A stretch of 64,000 nt of DNA from Octopus vulgaris (GCA_951406725.2 OX597828.1:47368001-47432000), one strand, 5' to 3'. Positions 1 through 13,282 are shown, counted from the first letter of the stretch. Notes: generated from the letters alone by a model not told the origin. Made by a program: numbers and translations.

Positions 1-2
1 CA

Positions 3-78
<76 letters not shown>

Positions 79-79
<1 letters not shown>

Positions 80-958
80 GAGGGGGCACCCCCAAAGAAA
101 CCACAATTTTGCAACTTCATTTTAATCACTTAGTTTCACATGTTTGCACTTTTGTCGCCTGCTTCAAATCTCCAAAGTGCTTCTCCATTTGAAGCAATAC
201 ATCGGTCCAGGCTCGTTTTCCATTTGAAGCGGTGCTGGAACTCTTGCGAAGTCTTTTTCTTCATCTCTTCCACACCTGCAAATTCCCTAGCACTAGCTTT
301 TGTGAGAAGCGATGACCTTCAAAAGAACGTCCTTATCAACACCCACCTGTTCTTTCGATTCACGACACGGATTCCGTCTTAACTGCTTCTAATCTTCCGT
401 GAGCAAGCGTGCCACAAATTTTGCTACAACTCATTCGCAATTCCTCACTCAAAATTCTCCAGGATACATCAGTCATGTCAACAAGTTCATCAATTGTTCG
501 GTGGCGATTCTCCAAGATCAGTTCATAAATTTTCGTTATGTCTTCATTCGTTCAGGAGATCAACAGTCGTCCTGAACGAAATTGGTCTTCAAGCCAAAAG
601 TGATTATTCCTAAAGCCTGGAAACCACTCGTAAGCTTGTGTCTTGCTCATGGTAGAGTCCTTGTAAGCTGTTTAAAGCATGACAATTGTTTCGGCCGCCA
701 TTCCCCCCCCCCCCAGCAGAAAACGGAATTTCACGGAAGCACGCAGTTCCTTCGTTACAACCATCGTGATAATCGACGAGCAGCGGGGAAGCGGTGCAAA
801 ACAAAGACCCATCACGTGACACTACGACCCCACTGGACGCCGCTGGTAAGCAAACTGATGCCTGAAGATTGCGTCAAATGGCTTCTAGCGGCTGAAGCCT
901 GAAATATAACGGGCTTGTCCCACAGAGACCGTTTCCGGTTACTTATGGGAACCCCCTC

Positions 959-961
<3 letters not shown>
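79..961 (-). mobile_element. Internally deleted, degenerate mariner (Tc1/mariner) DNA transposon
   Basis: Imperfect TIRs (cgagggggcacccccaaagaaacc at 79; reverse complement of the right end catgagggggttcccataagtaacc) within TA repeats. Minus strand reads MSKTQAYEWFPGFRNNHFWLEDQFRSGRLLIS*TNEDITKIYELILENRHRTIDELVDMT (mariner N-terminal HTH region) and a C-terminal DRCIASNGE, with stops and frameshifts. Confidence 0.85.
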
Positions 962-1026
<65 letters not shown>

Positions 1027-1575
1027 GTGTAATATATATATATGTGTGTGTGTGAGTATGCATATATGATTCAATGAATCTATGCATGAATGTCTTCATA
1101 GATATATATGTGCGTATGTACATGTATGTGTGTCTGTGTGTGTGTCTGTGTGTTTGCGCGCGCGCTCTGTTGAGAGTATAAACCTCGAGATATGACATAG
1201 ATTAGATGCTGACAATATTTCCACTAGGCTGGCAACGTTACTATATTCAAAGTCAACCAAGCAGAGACGGACGTTGATTCGGGTGTGTAATTAAGCAATC
1301 AGCATACAGAATAGGAAAAACAAACAAAACAACAACAAAACAAAAAAATGAAAAGCAATAGCAAAAAAAAAAAAAGAAAAAAAAGACGAAAAAATAACAC
1401 CCGTCTGAGTGCGATCAAACGAAACGTTAAGGTCCTACTGACGATTACCTTGACGTGGTAATAACGGTGGGAGAGAGGGCAAGACATGCAGTTTTTATGA
1501 GAGGGGGCGAAAGAGAGGTGCCTCTAGGGGTCTTTTTGATTTTGCACTTATTTATATTTTTCTTGTGTGTATGTG

Positions 1576-1630
<55 letters not shown>

Positions 1631-1974
1631 GTGTGTCTGTGTGTGTGTGTGTGTAAATACACACACACATATAAACACACACATACACACACATACACAC
1701 ACACACACACACATATACATATATATATACATTTATATGGGGAAGATCGGGTTTGTTGTGCGTGTGGTATTCGGACGTGTGTATTCACGTGTTTGTGTAT
1801 GTGTGTGTTTTTTGTGTGTATGTGTGTGTTTGTTTGTGTGTGTGTGTGTATGTGTGTGTTTGTGTGTGTGTGTGTGTATGTGTGTGTTTGTGTGTGTGTG
1901 TGTGTATGTGTGTGTTTGTTTGTGTGTGTGTGTGTATGTGTGTGTTTGTTTGTGTGTGTGTGTATGCGTGTGTT

Positions 1975-2012
<38 letters not shown>

Positions 2013-2040
2013 TGTTTGTGTGTGTGTGTATGTGTGTGTT

Positions 2041-2105
<65 letters not shown>

Positions 2106-2773
2106 TTGTTTGTGTGTGTGTATGTGTGTGTGTGTATGTGTGTGTTTGTTTGTGTGTGTGTGTGTGTATGTGTGTGTTTGTTTGTGTGTGTGTATGTGTG
2201 TGTGTGTGTGTATGTGTGTGTTTGTTTGTGTGTGTGTGTGTGTGTATGTGTGTGTTTGTGTGTGTTTGTGTGTGTTTGTGAGATATTTTTCGTGTGTGCG
2301 CGCGTGCGCTCGTATATGTGAGTGGGGGGGGGAGAAGGTATCAAACAGCCGTGGGGTTAATACGATTAATCACTTCTTGATAGAAGTCATACGAGGCGAG
2401 AGTCTATGTGATTGCGAATATTATTGTGCGTGCGAAAGTGCTTTGTTTGTTTGTATGTGTGTGTGTGTGTGTGTTTGTGTATAAGGGTTTGGTTGCATGT
2501 GTGTGTATGTTGTCAGCCTGCGAGCGTATGAGTATGTGTTTGTGTGTGTGCGTGCCTGCGTGCGCGTTGTGTATAAGTGTGTGTGTGTATACGTGTGTCT
2601 GTGCATAACTATGTGTGTGTGTGTGTATGTGCGTGTACGCTCGTATGTGTATAAATGATTGTGTACGTGTGTGTGTGGGGGGGCATATTTAAGACATTTT
2701 CTTTTACGCAAACATTTTTTGACAGAGGCCAAGAGAAACACGGAGTAAGATGGTGAGAGAGAAAGAGAGGAGG

Positions 2774-2815
<42 letters not shown>

Positions 2816-3203
2816 GTAGAGTGAAGAGGAGAATAGAGGGGGACGCGAGAGAGCGCGGGAGAGAGATTTGAAAAAGATATTCATATTTGTTAAAAGAAAA
2901 ATCTTTCTGCTTCACATAGAAAATGTTTAGCTGATAAACACACACACATGCGCACACGCGTTCACACACACACACACACACACATACTCATAACTACACG
3001 ACAAATATACGACTGCCACCTTGTATCATATTTCATTCACGTAATAATGGGACAAAGCGAAGAAAGAACTAATCGCAAGAATGCCACGCATCAGGACCCA
3101 CTCGCTGCGTGTCTGTGTTTGTGTGTGTGTGTGTATACATACATATATACACACACACATACACACACACATACACACACATACACACACATATACACAC
3201 ACG

Positions 3204-3249
<46 letters not shown>

Positions 3250-3253
<4 letters not shown>

Positions 3254-4541
3254 GTGCTGTGAATAAACTTCTCTACTCTAGACACAAGGCCCGAAATTTG
3301 GGGGGAGGGGTCCCAGTCGATTAGGTCGACGTCCGTACGCAACTGGTACTAAATTTATCGACCCCGTCGTCTAAATTACGCCAAAATGAAAATAACACTG
3401 ACATCTTATTGAAATACAAGAGTAAATCTATTTTTAAAATTCGCCATTGGCTTCAACCAGACGACTCCGGAATCTCCTGCAAATCTTCTGGAAATTCTTT
3501 TGGTTTAAGTTGGTGAATGCTGCCATAATACTTGCCTTCAGTTTATCTTTGTTGGTCTCTCGCTCAACTGCGGCCCGCACATAATAATCAAGTGGAGTTG
3601 CAGTTTGGGCAGGTGGCCAGATGTTAGGGGTGCTGGTGGTCACAGAAATAGTCTGATCTCTATGACTGGGTTCTCCTGCTTTTGTGGCATAATGTAGAGT
3701 CCTGTTGCCAGACTTAGGGTCTTCCAGCAGCCACCTTCTTCACGCAGGGCAGCACTACCCCCTCTAGGCACTTGATGTAGGCCTCCGTGTGGAGTCTGAG
3801 GCCATGTGGGAAGATGAATGGAAGCATAACGTCACCGTCACAAGTGATCACTCCAAACACCATGATGTTGACTGGATGCTTGTTTTTTATCACTATTGGT
3901 ACATGTTTTTAGAACACGGCACGCCAACGGTTGTTCTGTGTGTCCACGATCTCGTCCGAGAAAAACCTAAACCTGTTCAGTTGGAGGGGGATGCCTGACT
4001 TTGTTCAAAAGCTTTGTTGCGCGGCCTTTCCTCCCGTCTTTGATGGCGTCGGATAAAAATTGACCCTTTCTCATCTTTATGAGGAATACCGAAAGACTTC
4101 ATGCATTGCCTGCTTGTTAACACACTCAGACACTCCCATGTCCTCGGCGATGGACCTGATTGACTTGGAGGGACCGTTATCAGTCATAGCCTGGATCTCA
4201 CCAACAAATTCAGGAGTTCTTTTCTCATCAGTGCAACCAGAGTGAATTTTCCGAGCTACCGTACATTTGTAATCACGATTACACTCATCCAGCTTATTCC
4301 GAATCCTCTGCACTACCCTCAGATTGACACCCATACTCTGAAATGTTCGTATTTGAGCTTCCGGAGCGAATGCCAAGCAGTACAACATGTTTCCAAATTT
4401 CTGACAGAGAGAATTGCTGTATTTCTCACAGACGGTGACCAACTGACCCTACAATACTGCGTAGTCGACAAAATCAAAACAAATACCCGTGCGCGAAATT
4501 AAAAATATAAATTGGCGAAAATGTACTCATCGCACCCTCTG
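3250..4541 (-). mobile_element. Degenerate Tc1/mariner-superfamily transposon, DD37D/maT-like
   Basis: Minus-strand fragments RTPEFVGEIQAMTDNGPSKSIRSIAEDMGVSE and NIWPP..TPLDYYVRAAVERETNK..KLKASIMAAFTNLN..ICRRFRSRLVEANGEF. Right end cagagggtgcgatgagtaca (reverse complement) resembles left end gggtgctgtgaataaa. Confidence 0.8.
3268..3366 (-). mobile_element. Truncated family-C SINE fragment next to the left TIR of the DD37D element
   Basis: Reverse complement matches the ggggtcgataaatttagtaccagttgcgt...cgac core seen in the family-C copies at 20647 and 37874. Confidence 0.6.
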
Positions 4542-4564
4542 TGTATGTGTGTGTGAGTGTGTAT

Positions 4565-4638
<74 letters not shown>

Positions 4639-4639
4639 A

Positions 4640-4916
4640 AAATGCAAATATATGGGAAACTACCACCTATGTCATCTCTTGTGAAAGGTAGGAGATTCCA
4701 GTTTGCTGGACATTGTTGTAGAGCTGAAAAAGAGGTAATTTCTACTCTTCTCCTCTGGAAGCCATCTACTCGCAATACCAGAGGGCGCACACTCTCCTAC
4801 CCTGATGTAATCTCCAGGGATACAGGCATCCAGCAACAGGACCTCCGTAATGCCATGATGGACCGTGAAGTCTGGCGTAGTATAGTAAATTCCATTGTCT
4901 CGACCACGGTCGAACA

Positions 4917-4948
<32 letters not shown>
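4640..4948 (+). mobile_element. 5'-truncated RTE/RTEX-type LINE 3' end with (GAT)n tail
   Basis: Reads QIYGKLPPMSSLVKGRRFQFAGHCCRAEKEVISTLLLWKP..RGRTLSYPDVISRDTG..LRNAMMDREVWR*, typical of the RTE-clade ORF C-terminus, followed directly by a short-repeat tail. Confidence 0.8.
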
Positions 4949-4998
<50 letters not shown>

Positions 4999-5256
4999 CT
5001 TGTACTTGTCAGTTATTAGGCTGCGGATATATTGTGGCACGACCGTGACGAGTTTTTAGCTGAATGAATCAACCTCCGTGCTTTATTTTATTAAGCTTCT
5101 TTGCCTTTTTGCCGAACAGCTAAGTTACGGTGATGTACACACGCCAACACCAGTTGTCAAGCGGTGGAGGGGATAAACACACACACACGTTTGCCGAGTA
5201 TTGAAGTACATTGTATATATATCTATCTATGTGTGTATATATATATGTGTGTGTGT

Positions 5257-5296
<40 letters not shown>

Positions 5297-5431
5297 ATGA
5301 ATGCATGCATTATATTGTCAGACAAAGGCGGCTAGGCCGCAACCTAGAAGCAACCGTTTTTCTAGTAAAAATAGAATGTAGATCAGTCTCTACATAAAAT
5401 GACTATTTTCAACTAACGCTTCATGTGTGTG

Positions 5432-5508
<77 letters not shown>

Positions 5509-5711
5509 TGTATGTATATACAGCTAGTCAGCCAGACAGGCAAACAGATAGATAGATAAAGTGAGAAGGGGAAAGAGATCTGTAATTAACCAAAGTAATA
5601 ACCTTCCATGCTTTGATCGCTGAACTCTGGTGCAATCGCAAAATCGCCATCATAAAATATGATGTATTTAAGGATATAAATACAAACATATACACGCATG
5701 TACATTTATAA

Positions 5712-5763
<52 letters not shown>

Positions 5764-7213
5764 TTATTAGCCACGGAAACGGTGTTAGTTCAACAAAAAC
5801 AACATTCTATAAATCTTAACATGGATATACTGTAAGAAACCAGAAAACGTCGGAATTCATCTTGAGAAAGCATCTTGTACAGACGGATAGTGCTAAAAAA
5901 CACAGAAATGTATCAGCAGACGAAAATAAGTAACCAGCAGCGGCAGTGGAATTACTAAATCTAGATTGTACTTCTTTGAGAGTCATCAGCAGCAATTTTC
6001 CTCTAACAAGCGTATGCTTAGACAAATTAGAAGTTAAATTTGTCTAAGTTAAAAAAAAAAAAGTTAAAAAAGGTTTTTAAATGTTTATAAAGAAATCACT
6101 TGTATTGCAAATAACCAACAGTCAGAGAAAAAAATTCCGTCATAAGCGACGGAAGCAGCATAAGTTTAAAATAACATTGGGTTTATCTTATTTAACGTGG
6201 ATATTTAACGAAAGCCAGGAAAGAGAAAGACAGGAAGTCTGTAATGACAAAGAAATATATGATGAATATATATATGAATATCTCCAGAAATATCAAGAAA
6301 TGAATGAAGAAATAAAAGTTATGATAGTTTACAGAAAAGACTATAACATAAACAAATTAATAATTGCAAATATTTCTGTAGGGAGTATGAGAAAATACTG
6401 ACGATCAGGGTTAAATTTATTGAAACGTATGTTTGACTTCCTAAAGGAGAGCTTAATAGTTAGTGATGCAATTGATTTTTTTTATATATAAACAACGACG
6501 ATGATGACGATGGTGACGACGACTACCACAACTACAATGAAACAGAAGAAACAATCGCCGAACCCGCCCCCTACAAAGGCAAAATATTACGAAAGAGGAA
6601 AAAAAATAAGAGCAGAAATGAGAAACTATCTGCAAAATGTATTTAAAAAAATGTCGATACATATATAAATAGTGATAGTTAACTTAATAGTTGTATACAT
6701 ATACAAACAAATAAACTAAAAGCAAGAAAAATGAAGAGGAAGTGGCACGGAAGGAACTAGACATGAATCAAACATGGCGGAAATGCAAAAGACAAACAAC
6801 AGGTGAATTTCCTCTTATTTGTAGAAACGTGTCGTACACCATTTTCTTTTTAATTTTCTCCTTCTTAGAACTTTTCGTGTGTGTGTGTGTGTGTGTCTGT
6901 GTGTGTGTGCGTGTGTGTAAGCGTTTGTGTGTACGTGTGTCTATGCGTTTGTGTGTGTGTGTGTACGTACGTGTACGTGCGTACATGAGTGTACGTGCGT
7001 TCATGAGTGTGCGTGTGTGCGCGCGTGTGTGTGTGTGTTTATTATCTTTCAACAGAGATCTCTTTACATGAATGACAAAACATGTTTCCCATCATTCCTT
7101 GCGGCCATTCAATTGAGTGAAAACTATTCCAATCGATTTCCTTGTATCGCCGTTCGTCGTCGTCGTACTCGTCCTCATGATCGTCGTTATCAGCATCATC
7201 ATCATCATCCTCG

Positions 7214-7272
<59 letters not shown>

Positions 7273-7553
7273 TTATTAATTAAAAGTTTTGTCGTCATCT
7301 TCATTTTAATTACCGTATAAAAATGCCTTGTGGTGTTTAGCTACGGAGCTTAATGATCAGAAAGAACCTCCGTGCTTATATCTAGGTCTGTGTGTAAGTG
7401 TATATAGTCGTGTGTGTACTTCGGAGGTGTGTTCGTGTGAATATGTGTGCACGTGTGTATGTGCACATCTATGTGCGAGTGCGTGAGCCCGAGTGTGTGT
7501 CTTGTATTTTACATCAGCAGCACGGTGATCAATATGTACATGCGTGTGTGTTA

Positions 7554-7926
7554 TCTCTCTATATATAAACGGCAAAATATCTGTCTGTGTGTGTGTGTAT
7601 CCTTTATACAAATCCACAATTTTTTCAGTTAAAGGGTTCGCACTTTCTATGGTCATTCAAAACCGTCCAAGGGTGGTCGTGCACATCTTTACATTTCCTC
7701 AGTCACCCCGCAAAGCCATTAAAATATCAATAGAAGTGACTTTTTTGTGAATTTTCTATCCAAAAGCCAATCAAAATGCCCGAAACTTGATACGCCAATT
7801 GAATGCCAGCTAGCTGTATGTGATTGGTCGGATATTTGGACAGTACTCGCGTGTATGTGCGCACGCACGCAGCTGTATATGCATGCACTAGCACTATGAC
7901 CCGGCAACGCCGGGACATAGTGCTAG
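7554..7926 (+). mobile_element. Non-autonomous Helitron
   Basis: Starts TC (a|tctctctatatataaacggca), ends CTAG|t, subterminal GC hairpin cccggc-aac-gccggg, inserted between A and T. Shares both termini with 34894-35278. Confidence 0.8.
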
Positions 7927-8029
7927 TGTATATATATATATATATATATATATACGCCATGTTGATTCGCTAGCTTCTGCACGCATTTTTTTTCTCTCCT
8001 TGTTTCTCTCCGTGCTTCTTTTCTGTGTA

Positions 8030-8067
8030 TCTTTCAGTTGAAGAGCGTAGGCTCGAAACGTAAAAGA
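8030..8067 (+). ncRNA. Degenerate minimal type-I hammerhead ribozyme motif in a ~200-bp repeat (about 7975-8170)
   Basis: TCTTT-CAGTTGA-A-GAGC gtag GCTC-GAAA-cg-T-A-AAAGA. Stem I TCTTT/AAAGA, stem II 4 bp, palindromic ACGT stem III. Core differs from CUGANGA at positions 4 and 6. Confidence 0.55.
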
Positions 8068-8164
8068 CTTGTTTTATTTCTATTCCTGAGCGCCATACTA
8101 ATACAATTGTTTGTTTGTACTCCACCTGCCTTCGTCTTTTGTTTATTTTCATAAAGCTTCCCGT

Positions 8165-8210
<46 letters not shown>

Positions 8211-8612
8211 CTGGGTGAGAGAGAGATTACACGTGAATATATACATACATACAGGCATATATATATATACACTCACACACACATATATATATACACAGAT
8301 AGATCTACTTATGCATGCATATACGTGCATATACAAATGATGCATTAAACTATGAATCCACACCATCTTATAGTAGAAACAGTTGTAAGCTGATGAAATT
8401 TGTAAGATACTCGTTCATTCCTTTGTCATCTCATTTTCTATTACACACACACATATACACACACACGTGCGCACATATTCGCTTGTTCATTGTACTACTG
8501 AAGCAAATTATCGTTAATACCTCAGTAGTTTATTACTTCTAATGCGCTATAATAAGAGAATAATTTAATCTTAATTATTTCAAACGGTTTTACTGATAGT
8601 TAGACATATATA

Positions 8613-8975
8613 GGCGCAGGAGTGACTGTGTGGTAAGTAGCTTGCTAACCAGCCACATGGTTCTGGGTTCAGTCCCACTACGTGGCATCTTGGGCAAGTG
8701 TCTTCTGCTATAGCCCCGGGCCGACCAATGCCTTGTGAGTGGATTTGGTAGACGGAAACTGAAAGAAGCCTGTCGTATATATGTATATATATGTATATGT
8801 ATATGTGTGTGTGTGTTTGTGTGTCTGTGTTGTCCCCCTAGCATTGCTTGACAACCGATGCTGGTGTGTTTACGTCCCCGTAACTTAGCGGTTCGGCAAT
8901 AAGAGACCGATAGAATAAGTACTAAAGGCGGTGCTCCAGCATGGCTGCAGTCAAAAGACTGAAACAGGTAAAAGG
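8613..8975 (+). mobile_element. tRNA-derived SINE family A (internal TA/TG microsatellite)
   Basis: Head ggcgcaggagtgactgtgtggtaag...gggttcagtccc with Pol III A/B-box-like motifs. Near-identical copies at 38418, 48689 and 54890. Confidence 0.85.
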
Positions 8976-9312
8976 AGGCTACTCAGCTGCTTTTGTAATC
9001 TCAAAACAGGATCGAAACCAGTCTCTGTAGATTATCCAGCTTTTTCGTTTCACGAAATTATTGTATATGAAACGAGATTTTTTACGCCATATCTTACAAA
9101 GCGTTGTTCAAAATCTATGCACATACTTTGAAGTATGAAACAATATATGTATATATAACTACATAAACTCTGCTATATGGTATATTCATTAATTTTAGCC
9201 ATTACTGTACAAAATATCTATGTTTATCCGGCACGTGAGACACTTGTAAAAATGTGATTTGTTTTGTTTACATAGTTTCACCGTAAACAATGGAAAGAGG
9301 TATTCACCAGAC

Positions 9313-9367
9313 CAATGGTTCTCAACTGCGGCCCATATAAGTTTTTGCGGGGTCCACGCTACAAAAT

Positions 9368-9405
<38 letters not shown>

Positions 9406-9944
9406 AGGTGCCCTTTTAAAGCCTAACCAGTCTCATGGGCCCGGTTTCCCGGTCTCTATGGCGTATGTGTTCCCCACCTGGGCGGAACGCCAGTCCATCG
9501 CAGCATTACTCATTTTTGCCAGCTGAGTGGACTGGAGCAACGTGAAATGAAGTGTTTTGCTGAAGACCACAACGCGTCGCCCGGTCCAGGAATCGAAACC
9601 ACAATCTTACGATCATGGTGCTGACACCCTAACCACTAAGCCATGTGCCTCCACAAATAGTTAACTGGAGATCCATAATAGTTAAAGGCCCCTGAAAAAA
9701 TTTTGCTTTAGATGTACCTATTGGTATATATGTATTGGTATGTATTGCAAGAACCAGTTAGGTTTCTTTCTCTATTATACAAAGTTCAACCTACATAAGT
9801 TAATGTGTGAAAAACAATGTAGGAATATTGAAAGAAGTTTCTATAAAATTAGTTTTAAAACATCGAATGGCTAGGGGGGGGGGGGCACCAGAATAAAAGA
9901 GTAATTAAAGGGGTCTATAGATGAAAAATGGTCGAGAACCCCTA
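9313..9944. mobile_element. hAT (Charlie-like) non-autonomous DNA transposon carrying a nested SINE
   Basis: Imperfect TIRs caatggttctcaac / gtcgagaacccta. The interior is interrupted by the SINE at 9373-9654. Confidence 0.6.
9373..9654 (-). mobile_element. tRNA-derived SINE (family-B-related head) with (ATTT)n tail
   Basis: Minus strand gtggaggcacatggcttagtggttaggg...gtttcgattcc (A and B boxes). Flanked by the direct repeat aaatagttaa (TSD). Confidence 0.8.
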
Positions 9945-10174
9945 AGCAAGACGATTGTCTGAAATGTCTTTTCACGGTCACCGGTGCTCGCTAACCTACG
10001 CTTGTCTCACTATATCCTCTCTGTCTGTGTTTCTGTCTGTGTCCTTCTCTCTTTCTCCCTCTGTGTGTCTGTGTGTGTGTGTGCGTGTGCGCGCGCGTGT
10101 GTGTGTGTGCGTGTGTGTGTGCGTGCGTGCGTGTGTGTGTGTGTGTGTGTGTGTTTGTAAAAGCAAAAAAAGAT

Positions 10175-10307
10175 ATGGCTTTTCTGATAATTTTCCCACT
10201 TTAGTAATTAGAAATTGATAAGTTATTAAGTATTTACAAATTTTATAAACACCTAATAATTTATAAACATCTAATTATTATAGTGGGAAAATTAACAGAA
10301 AATCCAT
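10175..10307. repeat. ~130-bp imperfect palindrome (foldback or MITE-like)
   Basis: atggcttttctgataattttcccact... pairs with ...agtgggaaaattaacagaaaatccat. The inner arms also pair. Confidence 0.7.
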
Positions 10308-10370
10308 TTTTTTTTTTGTTTGTTTTTTTTTTCTCAAATGATATACAAAAGACTTCCTATTTCTAATTCT

Positions 10371-10410
<40 letters not shown>

Positions 10411-10460
10411 AAAAACAAGTCAACATAGAAAATGCTAAAATAATTTTATAAAGAACATTT

Positions 10461-10497
10461 CAGTACCGGTTTCGGTCATTTGAGACCTTTTCAACTG
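10461..10497 (-). ncRNA. Minimal type-I hammerhead ribozyme motif, U3-A8 core variant, in a (TA)n-flanked repeat (about 10408-10635)
   Basis: Minus strand CAG-TTGAAAA-GGTC tcaaat GACC-GAAA-C cg G-T-A-CTG. Stem I CAG/CTG, 4-bp stem II, palindromic ACCGGT stem III, GUA cleavage triplet. Confidence 0.7.
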
Positions 10498-11169
10498 TAA
10501 CTATTAAATAATTAAATTTAGAAAAATTAAAAGAAAAGTTTTTTTAAAAGAATATTTGTATAATGTTCAAATATAAGTGGCATTTTCCTTGTTTCTGCCT
10601 TTCTCTGTCTCTCTTGTTTACTCTTGTGGGTTCATATATATATATATATATACACACACAAATACTTAGGGAAATACAGAAATACAATAGACATATCAAA
10701 CATTTATTTACATTATAATATAATATATAACAAATAATTAAAACAAATATAAATCCAACTATTTGTTTCGACTCATATCAATAGAATATATTGTGTCTTC
10801 TTCACTTTTCCTTCTGACTTTCTGTCTGTTCCTTTCTCTTTTCTAGTCCTACAGGGCGTTTTCCTTTGCAGTACACCTTAAACATCCGTCTTGCGACCGT
10901 TCGGCATTTTTTCGATGTTTATGTATCATTATTCTATTTAGTCGTATTCGTTATCGTCATTTTCCGGTAGGTTCGTTAGCTATTCCCAGTGGCTTCTTGC
11001 CGCTGGCGCCACCAAAAGTGAACAATGTCATCGTTGAAGGTGCGAAATTGTTATGATATTTTGGGATGTTGACTGATGAGGAATTAGTAATGAATTTTCC
11101 GTCTGTTGTCTTTTTGTGAAATTTTTTAGGGAATATTACACACACATACACACACACACACACACACAA

Positions 11170-11520
11170 ATGTATGTATGTATGTATGTATGTATGTATG
11201 TATGTATGTATGTGTGTATGTATGTATGTATGTATGTATGTATGTATGTATGTATGTATGTATGTATGTATGTATGTATGTATGTATGTATGTATGTATG
11301 TATGTATGTATGTATGTATGCGTGTATGTATGTATGCATGTATGTATGTATGTATGTATGTATGTATGTATGTATGTATGTATGCATGTATGTATGTTTG
11401 TATGTATGTATGTATTTATGTATGCATGCATGTATGTATGTATGTATGTATGTATGTAGGTATGTATGTAGGTATGTATGTGTGTGTGTATGTATGTATG
11501 TGTGTGTGTATATATGTATA
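11170..11520. repeat. Long (TATG)n microsatellite, representative of dozens of (TA), (CA), (GA), (GATA), (TAA), (CAT), (TAG) and (GAAA) tracts in the window
   Basis: Directly visible tandem repeat. Confidence 0.95.
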
Positions 11521-12112
11521 TAATGACTGAAAATTGTAAAAGATAAAAGGGGTAAGATAAAAGTTCTGTTGATGATACAACCATCATTCTTCGAAATCAT
11601 ACCCAGACCTATTTGTTATAGAATAGCTTTATAACTAAATAAGTAATTACATAATTAAATGTTACTTAATTGTATATTACGGAACTTCATTTGCTAATGT
11701 CTGTGTGTGTGTGTGTTTGTCCTCTATCACCACACACAACCGATGTTGATGTGTTTACGTCTTCATAACATACCGGTTCAGCAAAAGAAACCAATGGCTT
11801 AAGTACCTACCTTGAAAAATAAGAACTGGGGTCAAATTCGTTCGACTTAGATTCTTCAAGGCAGTGCCCTAGCATGGCTGCAATCTAAGCACTGAAGCAA
11901 GTAAAAAAGAAAGGTAAAACACAGAAGATATATAGATTGTTAGTCTAGTTAATTCCTCCTCAGGTTTTTACCAAACACAATTTCCATTTGGAAAACCATC
12001 CGGCCGAGTATGGAGGAGACGTTTTAGACATCAAACGGCGAGGGTCTCAACCAGTCAACGTAATTTAATGACGTCACTGAAATATAGCTTGACTGCTAAT
12101 AAACATTGATAT

Positions 12113-12506
12113 GTGGAGGCGCAATGGCCGAGTGGTTAGGGCAGCGGACTCGCGGTCTTAGGATCGCAGTTTCGATTCCCAGACCTGGTGTTGTGGGTGT
12201 TTATTGAGCGAAAACACCTAAAGCTCCGCGAGGCTTCGGCAGGGCGTGTTAGTGAACCCTGCTGTACTCTTTCACCATAACTTTCTCTCACTCTTTCTTC
12301 CTGTTTCTGTTGTACCTGTATTTCAAAGGGCCAGGTTTGTCACACTCTGTGTCACGCTGAATCTTCCCGAGAACTACGTTAAGGGTACACGTGTCTATGG
12401 AGTGCTCAGCCACTTGCACGTTAATTTCACGAGCAGGCTGTTCCGTTGGTCGGATCAACTGGAACACACGTCGTCGTAACCGGCGGAGAGTCAACAACAA
12501 CAACAA
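12113..12506 (+). mobile_element. tRNA(Arg)-like SINE family B, tail type 1, full length with TSD
   Basis: gtggaggcgcaatggccgagtggttagggcagcggacTCGcggtc...gtttcgattccc head, (CAA)n tail, 12-bp TSD aaacattgatat (12101-12112 / 12507-12518). Confidence 0.9.
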
Positions 12507-13061
12507 AAACATTGATATATTCAAATAAACAAATTCTCTATATTTATGTGTTTTAATTATTGAAGTATAGTATAGTGGACGAGAATATTGAAAGCGTTTC
12601 ATGAAATAATTGTCAGTGAACAAATTACAGCCCGTGAGACTATCTAAAATGGCACGCCTAATTTGACGAAGAAAATAACGTTTATTAAAATTACCTTAAT
12701 ATGTTTAGTAGTGCGCCCCACCTGGTGATGAATCATGTCTCATACGGCCTGTTTGCCGATAAAGATTGATCATGATTGATCTAAAGCGTATTGGGAGGAA
12801 AAAGGTTAAAGAGAAGACGGTTGCAAAACGTCAGATCTCACTTCTTCGCAAGGCGTATGCTCACATCATGTACATTATCACAGATAGACAGACAGACAGG
12901 CACACACTCACACAAACACAGACAGACACACCGACACACAGAAACATAGACAGAGAAAAATAGATAGATAGATTGATATCCATGTATTAATTATATTTCC
13001 TTTATTAATGACAATATGTATTTTAACCAAAGATTCGATGTAAGGTTTTTTCCTCGAATTT

Positions 13062-13105
<44 letters not shown>

Positions 13106-13244
13106 TATTTTGAGCTCATTTTTGTTTATCGCTCGAAAATTGACCGTTATTTGTAAAGGACCAATCAAACAAGTCCATTTTTAAAGGTGTAGCGTTTATA
13201 CTAGTCTGGATAGAATTGACATATCGGTTCTATTCTAGCAAAAA

Positions 13245-13282
13245 CTGTCCGACGAACGGGAACGTGAAACTCAGAGTAACAG
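13245..13282 (+). ncRNA. Type-I hammerhead ribozyme motif (U4C variant) in a repeat at about 13105-13388
   Basis: CTGT-CCGACGA-ACG ggaa CGT-GAA-ACTC a GAGT-A-ACAG. Stem I CTGT/ACAG (extendable), GNRA-capped stem II, near-palindromic stem III, GUA triplet. Confidence 0.7.

Noticed and set aside
1455-2484. Long ORFs of VC/HT/YI/MYVC repeats (here and throughout the track)
   Set aside because: They are translations of microsatellites that lack stop codons and have no protein-like content.
6763-6808. ATG...ACAG|gtgaat as a phase-1 first coding exon of hbn
   Set aside because: Weak donor, no recognisable motif and no independent support.
11070-11105. CTGATGAGGAA...TTCC
   Set aside because: No GAAA follows the stem, so it is not a hammerhead.
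12113-12190. tRNA-like sequences with A/B boxes (many copies)
   Set aside because: These are SINE heads continuing into repeat bodies with TSDs, not tRNA genes.
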